Positions 8,639 through 19,693 of a stretch of DNA of 64,000 bases are shown in pieces. How positions within the stretch are numbered: the stretch's first letter is position 1; each line of letters begins with the position of its first letter. The notes under the pieces were generated by a model. That model ran no database searches. It worked only from the letters and a program-made list of their open reading frames with translations, and was not told the DNA's origin. Origin of the DNA: Burkholderiales bacterium (GTDB lineage Bacteria; Pseudomonadota; Gammaproteobacteria; Burkholderiales; Burkholderiaceae_C); the NCBI GenBank assembly GCA_025358485.1, contig JANYJJ010000137.1, positions 18,065 through 82,064 of the forward strand, given 5' to 3'. The translations under genes and the position numbers were made by a program.

Positions 8639-9655
8639 TTGACTCTTCGCCCCGGCGCGATGGCTGATCCACAACCCCCCAGTGCCCCAAGCGGTAAAAG
8701 CAGCGGTAAAAGCAGCGCCAAAAGCAACGCCAAACCCAACGACAAACCAGCCGACAAGTCTGCCGACAAATTGGCGCTGCGTGTAGATCAGCGCGGCGAT
8801 TTGCAAGTGGACAAGCGGGTCGATAAACGCAGCTTTTTCAAGCGTTTGGTTGAAATGATTTCGCCCGGCCCAGACTCACGCGACGAGCTGATGGAAACGC
8901 TGGCCGACGCCGAGCACCGCGACCTGATCGAGCCCGAATCCCGAATGATGTTGGAAGGCGTGCTGCGCATGGCCGACATGACGGCCGGCGACGTGATGGT
9001 GGCCGCGCCGCACATGGACTTTTTGGACATCGACGCCGACTACGACGACTTGTTGCACGTGGTAATCGACACCGGCCACTCGCGGTTTCCGGTGTTTGAA
9101 GGCCAGCGCGACAACATCATTGGCACCTTGATGGCCAAAGACTTGCTCAAGCTGCAACGTTCACCCGAGCTGAGTTTGCGCACCTTGCTGCGCCCCGCGG
9201 TGTTTGTGCCCGAGTCCAAAGGCTTGAATGAATTGCTGCGCGACTTTCGCTCCAACCGCAACCACCTGGCCATCGTCATCGACGAATTTGGCACCACCGC
9301 CGGGCTGCTGACGATTGAAGACGTGCTGGAAGAAATCGTCGGTGAAATTGAAGATGAGTTCGACGACAAAGACGGCGAATCCAACATCTACACCTTGGCC
9401 GACGGCGGCCAGCGCGTGGCCGGCGACACCGACATCACCGAGGTCAACACCGCATTTGCGGCGCAGTTGTCAACTGAGAGTTTTGATTCCATCGGCGGCT
9501 TGGTGGCTCACGAGTTGGGACGCGTGCCGCGCCGCGGCGAAGCCGTCACCCTCGGCGGCTTGGTCTTCACCGTGATGCTGACGCGCGGCGGCGCGGTGCG
9601 TTGGTACAAGGTGACCCGCGCACCCGAGGACGCGCTGAGCACCGACGGCGGTTGA
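8639..9655 (+). CDS. corC: CorC/HlyC-family magnesium/cobalt efflux protein (CBS pair + CorC_HlyC)
   Basis: MLEGVLRMADMTAGDVMV...FPVFEG...AIVIDEFGTTAGLLTIEDVLEEIVGEIEDEF is typical of CorC. The repetitive N-terminal extension makes the start uncertain. Confidence 0.85.
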   Translation: MTLRPGAMADPQPPSAPSGKSSGKSSAKSNAKPNDKPADKSADKLALRVDQRGDLQVDKRVDKRSFFKRLVEMISPGPDSRDELMETLADAEHRDLIEPESRMMLEGVLRMADMTAGDVMVAAPHMDFLDIDADYDDLLHVVIDTGHSRFPVFEGQRDNIIGTLMAKDLLKLQRSPELSLRTLLRPAVFVPESKGLNELLRDFRSNRNHLAIVIDEFGTTAGLLTIEDVLEEIVGEIEDEFDDKDGESNIYTLADGGQRVAGDTDITEVNTAFAAQLSTESFDSIGGLVAHELGRVPRRGEAVTLGGLVFTVMLTRGGAVRWYKVTRAPEDALSTDGG

Positions 9656-9662
9656 CCAGCCC

Positions 9663-11207
9663 GTGCCCGCGTTGCGTGAAGAGGCGCTGACAAGATCGCG
9701 CCCTGGCCCTAGCCTGCCGCTGCTGATCGACATGCTGTTGATGGCAGGCCTGGGCACCTTGCAAACCTTGGCGTTTGTGCACACGCAGCTGTGGCCTTTG
9801 CCGTGCTTGTGCATTGCGATGCTGTCATGGCGCGTGGCAAACGCGTCGGCCAAACGCGCCGCCTGCCTGGGCTGGGCGTTCGGCACCGGATGGTTGCTGG
9901 CAGGCACTTGGTGGCTGTTCATCAGCTTGCACCGCTACGGCGAACTGCCGGCGTGGATGGCGGTGGTGGCGGTGTTTGCTTTGTGCGCCCTGCTGTCGGT
10001 TTACCTTGCGTTGGCGATGGCTGCGTTTGCGCGGTTTCGTTCGCAGCGCGCTGGCGCTGATGCATTGCTGTTCGCTTCGTTGTGGATGCTGGCCGAGCTG
10101 GCGCGCGCCATCATCTTCACCGGCTTCCCGTGGGTGGCCACGGGCTACTCGCAAGTCGACGCGCCGCTGGCGGCCTTGGCACCGTGGGCAGGCGTCTACG
10201 GAATCGGGTTCGTCTTGGCGGGGCTGACATCGTGGGCGGCATTTGCCTTGCTGAATTACCGCAGCCAGCCCCTGGGCATCGCGTGGCCGGTGGGCGTCAC
10301 GGCGATGGTGTGGGCCTTCAGTTTGCTGACGCCGTTCAACTTCACCAAGCCCACCACCACCCTCAGCCTCACCCTCATTCAAGGCAACATTCCTCAAGAA
10401 GAGAAGTTTGCCGCCGAACGCCAAGGCGCGGCCTTGACTTGGCACCTGGACACGCTGCTGGCGTCCAAAAGTGATCTCGTCATCGCACCTGAGACCGCCA
10501 TTCCCGTGCTGCCCGAACAACTTCCACCGAGCTTGTGGAAAGACGTCGGCCAGCACTTCAAAGACCAAAAAACCCACGCCTTGGTCGGCGTGCCCATGGG
10601 CAATGACGACGTGGGCTACACCAATTCAGCGGTCGGGTTGGGCCCCGGATCGTCGGACTACCGCTACGACAAACACCACCTCGTGCCTTTCGGTGAATTC
10701 ATTCCAACCGGCTTCAAGTGGTTCACGCGGATGATGAACATTCCCTTGGGTGACTTCAACCGCGGCCCCGTCACCGCGCCGTCTTTCCCCGTGAAGGCCG
10801 AACGCGTGGCACCCAACATTTGCTACGAAGACTTGTTCGGCGAAGACCTGGCCGCGCGCTTTGTGGACGAGCGCAGCGCGCCGACCATGCTGGCCAACAT
10901 CAGCAACATCGGCTGGTTCGGCAAAAGCATTGCCATCCCCCAGCACCTGAACCTGTCACGCATGCGGGCCTTGGAATTTCAAGTGCCCATGCTGCGCGCC
11001 ACCAACACCGGGGCCACCGCCGTCATCGACCACCGCGGCGTGGTGACCCACAGCCTGCCGCCGCACCAGCGCGGCGTGTTGGAGGCATCGGTGCAGGGCC
11101 GCAGCGGCGTGACACCGTTTGCTTGGTGGGCCGGCAGGTTTTACTTGTGGCCTCTGCTGGGCTTGGGCGCGCTGGTGCTGTTGTGGCGGGTATTCAAGCG
11201 CCGTTGA
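9663..11207 (+). CDS. lnt: apolipoprotein N-acyltransferase
   Basis: 514 aa with a multi-TM N-terminal half plus a nitrilase-like C-terminal domain (LIQGNIPQEEKF...ICYEDLFGE). Conserved corC-lnt order. GTG start. Confidence 0.9.
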   Translation: MPALREEALTRSRPGPSLPLLIDMLLMAGLGTLQTLAFVHTQLWPLPCLCIAMLSWRVANASAKRAACLGWAFGTGWLLAGTWWLFISLHRYGELPAWMAVVAVFALCALLSVYLALAMAAFARFRSQRAGADALLFASLWMLAELARAIIFTGFPWVATGYSQVDAPLAALAPWAGVYGIGFVLAGLTSWAAFALLNYRSQPLGIAWPVGVTAMVWAFSLLTPFNFTKPTTTLSLTLIQGNIPQEEKFAAERQGAALTWHLDTLLASKSDLVIAPETAIPVLPEQLPPSLWKDVGQHFKDQKTHALVGVPMGNDDVGYTNSAVGLGPGSSDYRYDKHHLVPFGEFIPTGFKWFTRMMNIPLGDFNRGPVTAPSFPVKAERVAPNICYEDLFGEDLAARFVDERSAPTMLANISNIGWFGKSIAIPQHLNLSRMRALEFQVPMLRATNTGATAVIDHRGVVTHSLPPHQRGVLEASVQGRSGVTPFAWWAGRFYLWPLLGLGALVLLWRVFKRR

Positions 11208-11283
11208 ATATCCACCGCGCCTCTAAAATCGCGCCTCTGGTACGGCTCATGTGAGCCGCCGCTTGCTTCCAAAGAAACCCACC

Positions 11284-12252
11284 ATGCTGACCTTCCAGCA
11301 AATCATTCTTCGCCTTCAGCAGTATTGGGACCAGCAGGGCTGCGCGCTGTTGCAGCCTTATGACATGGAAGTTGGCGCAGGCACCAGCCACACCGCCACT
11401 TTCTTGCGCGCCCTCGGCCCTGAGCCTTGGAAGGCGGCTTATGTGCAGCCCAGCCGTCGCCCCAAAGACGGTCGCTACGGCAACAACCCCAACCGCTTGC
11501 AGCACTACTACCAATACCAGGTGGTGCTCAAGCCCGCACCGGCCAACATCTTGGAGCTGTATTTGGGCTCGCTCGAAGCCTTGGGTTTTGACCTGAAAGC
11601 CAATGACGTCCGCTTCGTCGAAGACGATTGGGAGAACCCCACGCTGGGCGCTTGGGGCCTGGGCTGGGAGGTGTGGATGAACGGCATGGAAGTCACGCAG
11701 TTCACTTACTTCCAGCAAGTGGGCGGCATCGACTGCAAGCCCGTGACCGGCGAAATCACTTACGGCTTGGAGCGCTTGGCCATGTACTTACAGGGCGTGG
11801 AAAGCGTGTATGACTTGGTCTATGCCGCCGGTGCCAACGGCGCGCCCGACTTGAAATACGGCGACGTGTTTCATCAAAACGAAGTGGAGCAAAGCACCTA
11901 CAACTTTGAGCACAGCGATGTCGAGTTTTTGCTCAGCGCATTTGCGGCGCACGAAGGGCAAGCCAAACATTTGATGGCAAAGTCACTTGCCCTCCCCGCT
12001 TACGAGCAAGTGCTCAAGGCCGCACACAGCTTCAACTTGTTGGACGCGCGCGGTGCCATCAGCGTGACCGAGCGTGCCGCCTACATGGGCCGCATCCGCA
12101 ACATTTCGCGCAGCGTGGCGCAGAGCTATTTCGACAGCCGCGCGCGCTTGGGCTTTCCGCTGGCGGCGCGTGATCGGGCGGAAGAAGTGCTGGCTGCCAT
12201 CACCAAAGCCGCCGCCAACGCTGCTGCGGCGAATGAGAAGAAGGCAGCGTGA
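11284..12252 (+). CDS. glyQ: glycine--tRNA ligase alpha subunit
   Basis: [20 protein letters not shown]...[25 protein letters not shown]-type sequence. Confidence 0.95.
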   Translation: MLTFQQIILRLQQYWDQQGCALLQPYDMEVGAGTSHTATFLRALGPEPWKAAYVQPSRRPKDGRYGNNPNRLQHYYQYQVVLKPAPANILELYLGSLEALGFDLKANDVRFVEDDWENPTLGAWGLGWEVWMNGMEVTQFTYFQQVGGIDCKPVTGEITYGLERLAMYLQGVESVYDLVYAAGANGAPDLKYGDVFHQNEVEQSTYNFEHSDVEFLLSAFAAHEGQAKHLMAKSLALPAYEQVLKAAHSFNLLDARGAISVTERAAYMGRIRNISRSVAQSYFDSRARLGFPLAARDRAEEVLAAITKAAANAAAANEKKAA

Positions 12253-14366
12253 TGACGAGCCCTCACACCGCGAAGAATTTGCTCGTAGAACTCTTCGTCG
12301 AAGAGCTGCCGCCCAAAGCGCTGAACAAGCTCGGCGATGCCTTTGCGGCCGCCTTGACTGACAGCCTGAAAGCGCAAGGTCTGACCACCGCCGCGTCCAT
12401 CACAACGGCCTTCGCTTCACCGCGCCGCTTGGCCGCGCACATCAGCTTTGTCAGCGGCAAAGCCGACGACAAAGCCGTGTCGCAAAAGCTGATGCCAACT
12501 GCGGTGGGCTTGACAACCGACGGCATCGCAACGCCTGCACTGCTGAAGAAGCTGGCTGTGTTGGGAGCCGACGCGTCTGTGGTGCCCAAGCTGCTGCGCC
12601 AGATGGACGGCAAAGCCGAGGCGCTGTTTTTTGACAGCTTGGTGGCCGGGGTGAGCTTGCAAGACGGCTTGCAAAAAGCTTTGCTCCATGCGCTGAGCAG
12701 CTTGCCAATCCCCAAGCTCATGCAGTACCAACTGGCGGACGGCTGGAGCAGTGTGAATTTTGTGCGCCCTGCCCATGGTTTGATGGCGCTGCACGGAGCC
12801 GATGTGGTGGCGGTGGAAGTGCTCGGTTTGACCTCGGGCCGCGTCACGCACGGGCACCGGTTTGAAGCTTCAACACCGTCGATTGAGCTTCGCCACGCTG
12901 ACAGTTATGCCGAGCAACTTCGTGATGAAGGCGCGGTGATTGCCAGCTTTGCTGGGCGGCGTGCCGAGATAGCCAAACAACTGGCTAGCCGCGCGCCGCA
13001 AGGCTTGGTGCCAATCGAAGACGCTGCGTTGTTGGACGAAGTCACCGCCTTGGTCGAACGCCCCAACGTGCTGCTGTGCCAGTTTGAAGCCGAGTTCCTG
13101 GACGTGCCGCAAGAGTGCTTGATCCTGACCATGAAGGCGAATCAAAAATACTTTCCGCTGCTCGATGCCGCAGGCAAGTTGACGAATCAATTTTTGATCG
13201 TCAGCAACATCACCCCCGCTGACCCCAGCCGCGTGATCGAAGGCAACGAACGCGTGGTACGCCCGCGTTTGGCCGACGCGAAGTTCTTCTTCGATCAAGA
13301 CCGCAAGAAGACGCTGGCCTCGCGCGCGAGTGGGCTCGACAAAGTGGTTTATCATGGCAAGTTGGGCACGCAGGGCGAGCGCGTTGCGCGGGTTCGCGCA
13401 ATTGCAAAAAGCATCGCCGCCACTGCGTTTCAATCGGAAAACATGGCCGAGCCATGCGACCAAGCGGCGATGCTTGCCAAGGCCGATTTGCTCACCGACA
13501 TGGTGGGCGAATTTCCCGAACTGCAAGGCACCATGGGCAGCTACTACGCCCTCCACGACGGCTTGAGCACACAGGTGGCGCAGGCCATCGAAGACCACTA
13601 CAAACCGCGCTTTGCGGGCGACGACTTGCCACGCAGCAACGTCGGATTGGTCGTGGCCTTGGCCGACAAATTGGAAACCTTGGTCGGCCTGTTTGGCGTC
13701 GGTCAGTTGCCCACCGGCGACAAAGACCCGTTCGCACTGCGCAGGCACGCGCTCGGCGTGATTCGCATGCTGACCGAACGCAAAGTACCTGTCGGCTTAA
13801 CGCAATTGATTGCCTTGGCGGTGACACCGTTTGCTGCCGGGATTACCGACCCGACAAGACCGTTGACGGCGTTCATGCACGAGCGTTTGGCCGGTGCTTT
13901 GCGCGACCAAGGCTACAGCGCGCAAGGGGTCGATGCCGTGCTGTCGCTGAAACCTGACCGCTTGGCAGACGTGACCGAGCGCCTGGCTGCGGTGCGCGCT
14001 TTTGCGGCCTTGCCTGAAGCTGCGGCACTGGCGGCGGCCAACAAGCGCGTGGGCAACATTTTGAAAAAGGTGGAAGGCACCTTGCCCGTTCAAGTGGACG
14101 CCGCCTTGCTGAAAGAGCCCGCCGAGGCTGCGCTGTTCAAGGCCTTGAACGAGGTCGAACCGCAAGCCAACGCGGCATTCACCGCAGGCCACTTTGCCGA
14201 TTCCCTCAAAGCCTTGGCCGCATTGCGTTTGACTGTCGATGCCTTCTTTGAATCAGTGATGGTCAACGCGGAAGACACGGCGCTGCGCAACAACCGCCTG
14301 GCGCTGTTGTCACGCCTGCACGTTGCCATGAACCGCGTGGCGGACTTGGCGAAGTTGGCAGCGTGA
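12252..14366 (+). CDS. glyS: glycine--tRNA ligase beta subunit
   Basis: LLVELFVEELPPKAL N-terminus and ~700 aa length. Its ATG overlaps the last base of the glyQ stop. Confidence 0.95.
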   Translation: MTSPHTAKNLLVELFVEELPPKALNKLGDAFAAALTDSLKAQGLTTAASITTAFASPRRLAAHISFVSGKADDKAVSQKLMPTAVGLTTDGIATPALLKKLAVLGADASVVPKLLRQMDGKAEALFFDSLVAGVSLQDGLQKALLHALSSLPIPKLMQYQLADGWSSVNFVRPAHGLMALHGADVVAVEVLGLTSGRVTHGHRFEASTPSIELRHADSYAEQLRDEGAVIASFAGRRAEIAKQLASRAPQGLVPIEDAALLDEVTALVERPNVLLCQFEAEFLDVPQECLILTMKANQKYFPLLDAAGKLTNQFLIVSNITPADPSRVIEGNERVVRPRLADAKFFFDQDRKKTLASRASGLDKVVYHGKLGTQGERVARVRAIAKSIAATAFQSENMAEPCDQAAMLAKADLLTDMVGEFPELQGTMGSYYALHDGLSTQVAQAIEDHYKPRFAGDDLPRSNVGLVVALADKLETLVGLFGVGQLPTGDKDPFALRRHALGVIRMLTERKVPVGLTQLIALAVTPFAAGITDPTRPLTAFMHERLAGALRDQGYSAQGVDAVLSLKPDRLADVTERLAAVRAFAALPEAAALAAANKRVGNILKKVEGTLPVQVDAALLKEPAEAALFKALNEVEPQANAAFTAGHFADSLKALAALRLTVDAFFESVMVNAEDTALRNNRLALLSRLHVAMNRVADLAKLAA

Positions 14367-14381
14367 CTTGACAAAAACGCA

Positions 14382-14699
14382 ATGAACCGCCAACTCCAGA
14401 TCGAGCGGTTTTTGATGGCAGCGCATCGTCTGGCCCTTCAGCGACTGAAGGCGCAACCTGAGCGCATCGCACCCGTTCGCGCGCAGCTTGAGCGTTGGCG
14501 TCAGCAAGCGGGTGCCACGCGATCTGATGTTTATTGGGACGAGTGGCAGCGTTTGCTTCAGGCCGATGTGCAAGAGATTGAGCGCGTGGTCTGTGCAGAC
14601 GACGAACGCGGTGCCGTGCTTCGCAGCGTGTCGCCGATGTCAAGCCTGATTTCGCAAACCGAACGCTTGCAGCTTTTGGCTGAGGCACGTTCCGTATGA
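14382..14699 (+). CDS. hypothetical small helical protein, putative partner of the downstream nucleotidyltransferase-like protein
   Basis: 105-aa ORF whose stop overlaps the next ATG (ATGA). No family recognised. Confidence 0.55.
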   Translation: MNRQLQIERFLMAAHRLALQRLKAQPERIAPVRAQLERWRQQAGATRSDVYWDEWQRLLQADVQEIERVVCADDERGAVLRSVSPMSSLISQTERLQLLAEARSV

Positions 14700-15219
14700 C
14701 CTTCGCTGAATTGGTTCACGTGCTGCGCGCGGCGGCAGTGATTGCCAACGAAACCACGTTGGTGGTCGTTGGCAGCCAAGCCGTATTGCTGCACTTTGCA
14801 AACGCTCACCCTGAGCTTTGTGCTTCAAGAGAGGTGGACTTGTACCCATCGATGCACCCTGAAAGAGCCGACTTGATCGACGGTGCAATAGGCGCGTGGT
14901 CGCGCTTTGACGAGACCTTTGGACATCACGCCGATGGCGTCGGACCTGAGACCGCCGTGATGCCCGCTGACCGGATCAACAGAGCACGCTTCACCTACAT
15001 CGGCGAGCTGACGGCCATTTGCCCGGACATGCATGATTTGGCCGTCTCAAAAGCGGTGGCTGCGCGAGACAAAGACGCGGACTATGTGCGCGTTTTGCTG
15101 CGAGAGAAAATGATCGAGATCGGCACACTGCGTGAGCGCATCAACATGCTGGACTCGGCACAATATCCCGTTGCCAGCGTTCTGGCTTGGGCCAACCGCC
15201 GCGCGCTGGAAGCACATAC

Positions 15220-15223
<4 letters not shown>
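14696..15223 (+). CDS. minimal nucleotidyltransferase-fold protein (MNT/AbiEii/DUF6036-like)
   Basis: VVVGSQAVLL...SREVDLYP matches the GS...DxD signature of minimal NTases. The C-terminal HDLAVSKAVAARDKDADYV resembles AbiEii-like proteins. Family call is from memory. Confidence 0.6.
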
Positions 15224-15836
<613 letters not shown>

Positions 15837-15837
<1 letters not shown>

Positions 15838-16664
15838 TGGCCGCTTCAGCCTTCAACGCCAAGCCAACGGCCCTGCAAACGCTGTGGTGGCGTTTGCGCT
15901 CCATCGTCTTCATTTTGTGGATGGCGGTGACGGTGGTGCCGTGGGCGCTGGCGGTGTTGGTGTTCTCCATTTTCAAAAAAGGCGACCCGGTTTATTGGAT
16001 GTGTGTGGGCTGGTTGCGCACCGCCATTTGGGGTGCGCGGGTGATTTGCGGCGTGCATCACCGCATGAGCGGTTTGGAAAACTTAGACGCCGCGCATCGC
16101 GCTGGGGCTGTCATCGTGCTGCCCAAACACCAGTCCACCTGGGAGACCTTCGCCTTCCCTTGCTTGATGCCCCACCCTTTGGCCTACGTGTTCAAACGCG
16201 AGCTGCTTTACGTGCCGTTTTTTGGGTGGGCCATGGCGCGCATGGACATGATTCACATCGACCGCAGCAAGCGCGCAGACGCCTGGAAGCGGGTGGCCGA
16301 GCAAGGCCGCAAACACATGGCCCGCGGTACGTGGGTGATCATGTTTCCTGAAGGCACGCGCATTGCCCGCGGCGAAGCCGGCACCTACAAGCCAGGCGGC
16401 ACGCGGTTGGCCGTGGACACCGGCACGCCGGTGATGCCCATTGCCGTGAACTCGGCGGTGTGTTGGCCGCGCAAGTCGTTGATGCTGCGCCCCGGTGTGG
16501 TGGACTTGTCGATAGGCCCGCTGATATCGCCGGTGGGCCGCGAGCCAACGGAGATGATGCGTGAAGTTCAAGCGTGGATAGAGGGCGAAATGCACAGGCT
16601 GGATCCGACGGCCTACGCAGACGCTCACGCCGAAAAAAACAGCGTTGCAGCCGCACGCACCTGA
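15837..16664 (+). CDS. plsC: 1-acyl-sn-glycerol-3-phosphate acyltransferase
   Basis: LPKHQSTWETF (HX4D-type block) and FPEGTR motif. Follows gmhB, as is common in betaproteobacteria. Confidence 0.85.
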
Positions 16665-16702
16665 CGCTTAGGTCTTTCCTTCGCCGCTTAAACTCACGTT
16701 TC

Positions 16703-17734
16703 ATGACACGTAAGCTTCACGCCCCTGACGCTCAACAGCTTTCGCTGTTTGATGCGCCGGTATTGGTGGAACAAGTGTCGGTGGAACAAGTGCTGGCGGA
16801 ACAAGCGCTGGCGGCGTCGGACGCCGCCCCCGATGCGCAGGCGACAAGCCCCGTGACGGCACTGCTGCATGCTTCACCTGCTTCACCTGTTTCACCTGCG
16901 CCCGCTGAAACCCCTTCGGTGTCGATTGCCAGCGTGCTGCGCCCGGCGGTGTTTCGTCATCCGAACGCTGACCGCGAAATTCGCCTGCAAGACCACGTGG
17001 TGGGCTATGCGCTGAAGCGCGCGCGGCGTCGCAGCATCGGTTTCATCGTTGGTGCCGAAGGCCTGAGCGTGAACGCGCCGAAGTGGGTGGGCGTCGGCGA
17101 CATAGAAACCGCACTGCGCGAAAAAGCCGCTTGGATTTTGCGCAAGCTAGGCGAACAGCAAGAGCGCCAACAGCGCCTGCAAGCCGCCAAGGTCGATTGG
17201 CGCGACGGCACCAGCATTCCCTTCTTGGGCGAAACCGTGATCGTGGTGTTGGACCCGCGCACCACCGGTGCCGTGCTGAACACGTCTGCCGCCAATGCAC
17301 TTTTGAAACCGCAGGCGCAGGCCCAGTTGGACGGCGTGCCGCAACTCACCCTGCACATCGGCTTGCCGCACACCGCCACAGCCGAGCAAATTCGCGATGC
17401 GGTGCAAAGCTGGTTGCAGCGCCAAGCCAAGCGCGTGTTTGAAGAACGCTGCCAACACTACACGCAGCAATTGGGCGTGCGCTACACGCGCCTCAGCTTG
17501 TCTTCGGCGCAAACCCGCTGGGGCAGCGCCACGGCCGACGGAACCATCCGCTTGAATTGGCGTTTGATTCACTTTGCGATGTCGACCATCGACTACGTTG
17601 TGGCACACGAGCTGGCGCACCTGCGCGAGATGAACCACAGCCCCAAGTTTTGGGACGTGGTGCGCTCGGTGGTGCCCGACTATGAAGCTGCGCGCGGCAC
17701 CTTGAAAGACAAAGTGTTGCCGGTGTTTGACTAG
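16703..17734 (+). CDS. M48-family metallopeptidase (YgjP/DUF45-like)
   Basis: C-terminal HELAHLREMNHSPKFW zinc motif. ATG at 16703 chosen over the overlapping upstream start. Confidence 0.85.
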   Translation: MTRKLHAPDAQQLSLFDAPVLVEQVSVEQVLAEQALAASDAAPDAQATSPVTALLHASPASPVSPAPAETPSVSIASVLRPAVFRHPNADREIRLQDHVVGYALKRARRRSIGFIVGAEGLSVNAPKWVGVGDIETALREKAAWILRKLGEQQERQQRLQAAKVDWRDGTSIPFLGETVIVVLDPRTTGAVLNTSAANALLKPQAQAQLDGVPQLTLHIGLPHTATAEQIRDAVQSWLQRQAKRVFEERCQHYTQQLGVRYTRLSLSSAQTRWGSATADGTIRLNWRLIHFAMSTIDYVVAHELAHLREMNHSPKFWDVVRSVVPDYEAARGTLKDKVLPVFD

Positions 17735-17925
17735 CTTGTTGAATCACCCACTTTCGGCCTGAACAGTGCCCTTGCCATGTGGTTCGGCTTCGGGGCTTGG
17801 CTTCGGTGTGCTCGGGTAGATGGCACCCTGCATTCAGGGGGACTTTGGTAAAGGGCCATGTCCGCACCGCGACGGCCGCAAAGTTTGCGTTTATCTTCCA
17901 ACTTTTCCAATCTCGCTCAAACAAC

Positions 17926-18831
17926 ATGCCACCTCGCAAACTCCTGGCAGCCGCCGCGCTCCTGGCCGCACACACCGCGTCATCGGCCTTGGAATTGCTG
18001 GTGCCCGCCTACTTTTATCCGTCCTCCAATCCGTCCCTCAGCTACTGGGACGAGTTGACTGCGGCGGCGGCCACGGGCGTGAAGATCACCGCCATCATCA
18101 ACCCCAACAACGGAGTGGGCGCTGCCTCCAATTCCGACTACGTGGCCGCCGTGAACACCTTCCGCGCGGCTGGCGGCAAGGTGTTGGGCTACGCCTACAC
18201 CTGCTACGGCGGCGCGCTGTGCTCGCCGGGCTTGCCGTCCACCAAGACCGCTGCCGACGTGGTGGCTGAGGCGGCTCAATACGCCAATTGGTACGGCGTT
18301 GACGGTTTGTTCATGGACGAAATGTCGAACCAGCTCAGCGATTTGCCTTACTACACGACGCTGGCTGCGCAGCTGAGAACAGCCCACCCGGCATGGCAAT
18401 TGGTCGGCAACCCCGGCACATCCACACCCGCGGAATACCTGACCACAGCCGACACCTTGGTCACGTTTGAGCGCGGCAGCGCCAGCTACACCGGCGCGGC
18501 CACACAACCCTGGATGGCCACGGCCAACCCGTCACAACAAGCGCATTTGCACTACAACGTCAGCACCGCTGCCCAGATGCAAACCCTGCTGACAGAAGCG
18601 GTGGCGCGCCGCGCTGGCTACATCTACATCACCGACGACCGCTACGTTCCCGGCGACCCAACCGCCACCAACCCGTGGGACAGCCTGCCCGGCTACTGGC
18701 TTGAAGAAGTGGCGGCGGTGAGGGCCGCCAACGTCGTCAGCGCCGTGCCCGAGCCGTCCACTTACGCGCTGATGCTGCTGGGCATCACGGCACTGTGGGC
18801 GCGTTCTCGCAAGCTCGCAAAACCACGCTGA
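17926..18831 (+). CDS. spherulation-specific family 4 protein with C-terminal PEP-CTERM sorting signal
   Basis: Signal peptide MPPRKLLAAAALLAAHTASSA. LLVPAYFYPS...INPNNGVG...GYAYTCYG...WYGVDGLFMDEM matches Spherulin-4. C-terminus VPEPSTYALMLLGITALWARSRK. Confidence 0.75.
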   Translation: MPPRKLLAAAALLAAHTASSALELLVPAYFYPSSNPSLSYWDELTAAAATGVKITAIINPNNGVGAASNSDYVAAVNTFRAAGGKVLGYAYTCYGGALCSPGLPSTKTAADVVAEAAQYANWYGVDGLFMDEMSNQLSDLPYYTTLAAQLRTAHPAWQLVGNPGTSTPAEYLTTADTLVTFERGSASYTGAATQPWMATANPSQQAHLHYNVSTAAQMQTLLTEAVARRAGYIYITDDRYVPGDPTATNPWDSLPGYWLEEVAAVRAANVVSAVPEPSTYALMLLGITALWARSRKLAKPR

Positions 18832-18842
18832 GCAGTCTGGTC

Positions 18843-19075
<233 letters not shown>

Positions 19076-19096
19076 ATGCAGCGGGTCGCCGCACAA

Positions 19097-19185
19097 CTCC
19101 CTTCCCCTTAGACAGGCGGCGCAAATTCTCAACCCCCTTCCCCTCGACGGGGAAGGGTTGGGGAAGGGGTGAAATCGTCGAACAC
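19097..19185. repeat. truncated copy of the nested-palindromic element also found inside putA and uvrA
   Basis: CCCCTTCCCCTCGACGGGGAAGGGTTGGGGAAGGGGTGAAATCGTCGAACAC matches the left arm plus half the centre of the 55173-55285 copy. A degenerate arm lies at 19097-19116. Confidence 0.75.
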
Positions 19186-19693
19186 TCGCCCCACTGTTGA
19201 CTCACTCACAGTCAGTTGCGCACCGCGCTGCGGCCCGCAAGCCGATGCCGTCCAGCTGGCGCGGCGCATGCGCCTCAAAAGCCCACTTCACCCACAACCC
19301 TTTCTCAATATCCGAAAGGATGCTTCGTTGCCGTCCGAAAGCGGCAAAACAGCGTCAAGCCGCGCATTCCTCCCTAACCCCTTCAGCGTTCGTCAAATCG
19401 AATTCAAGCACCCGCTGCCTGACCATTCAGCCCGTCAGTCACCCGCTTCAGTTCGGCATCACCGTTAATGCCTTGCGCATTCGCAATGCGAATCAAGTTG
19501 CGACTGGCAACCCCAAAGTTGCGCTCAAACGCCTCAGGCATCTGCTCGTGCAACCCCTCATAAATCATCACCGCCTCGCGCGCCGTGCTCAGCGCTTCGG
19601 CTCGCGAACTGGCATCGCCTTGCTCGGAAAGACGCCAAGCTCAGGGTTACCGTTTGTCACTTTTGGTGCTTCGCGGACGGACAATTTCGCACC

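Noticed and set aside
17820-17835. TGGCAC upstream of the Spherulin-4/PEP-CTERM gene as a sigma-54 promoter
   Set aside because: The sequence is TGGCACCCTGCATTC, and the -12 position lacks the GC dinucleotide.
19440-19631. TPR-like gene fragment on the minus strand as a feature
   Set aside because: Only ~60 aa of helical-repeat-like sequence, with no start and no diagnostic motif. It is kept as a remark inside the remnant-region finding rather than as an annotated pseudogene.
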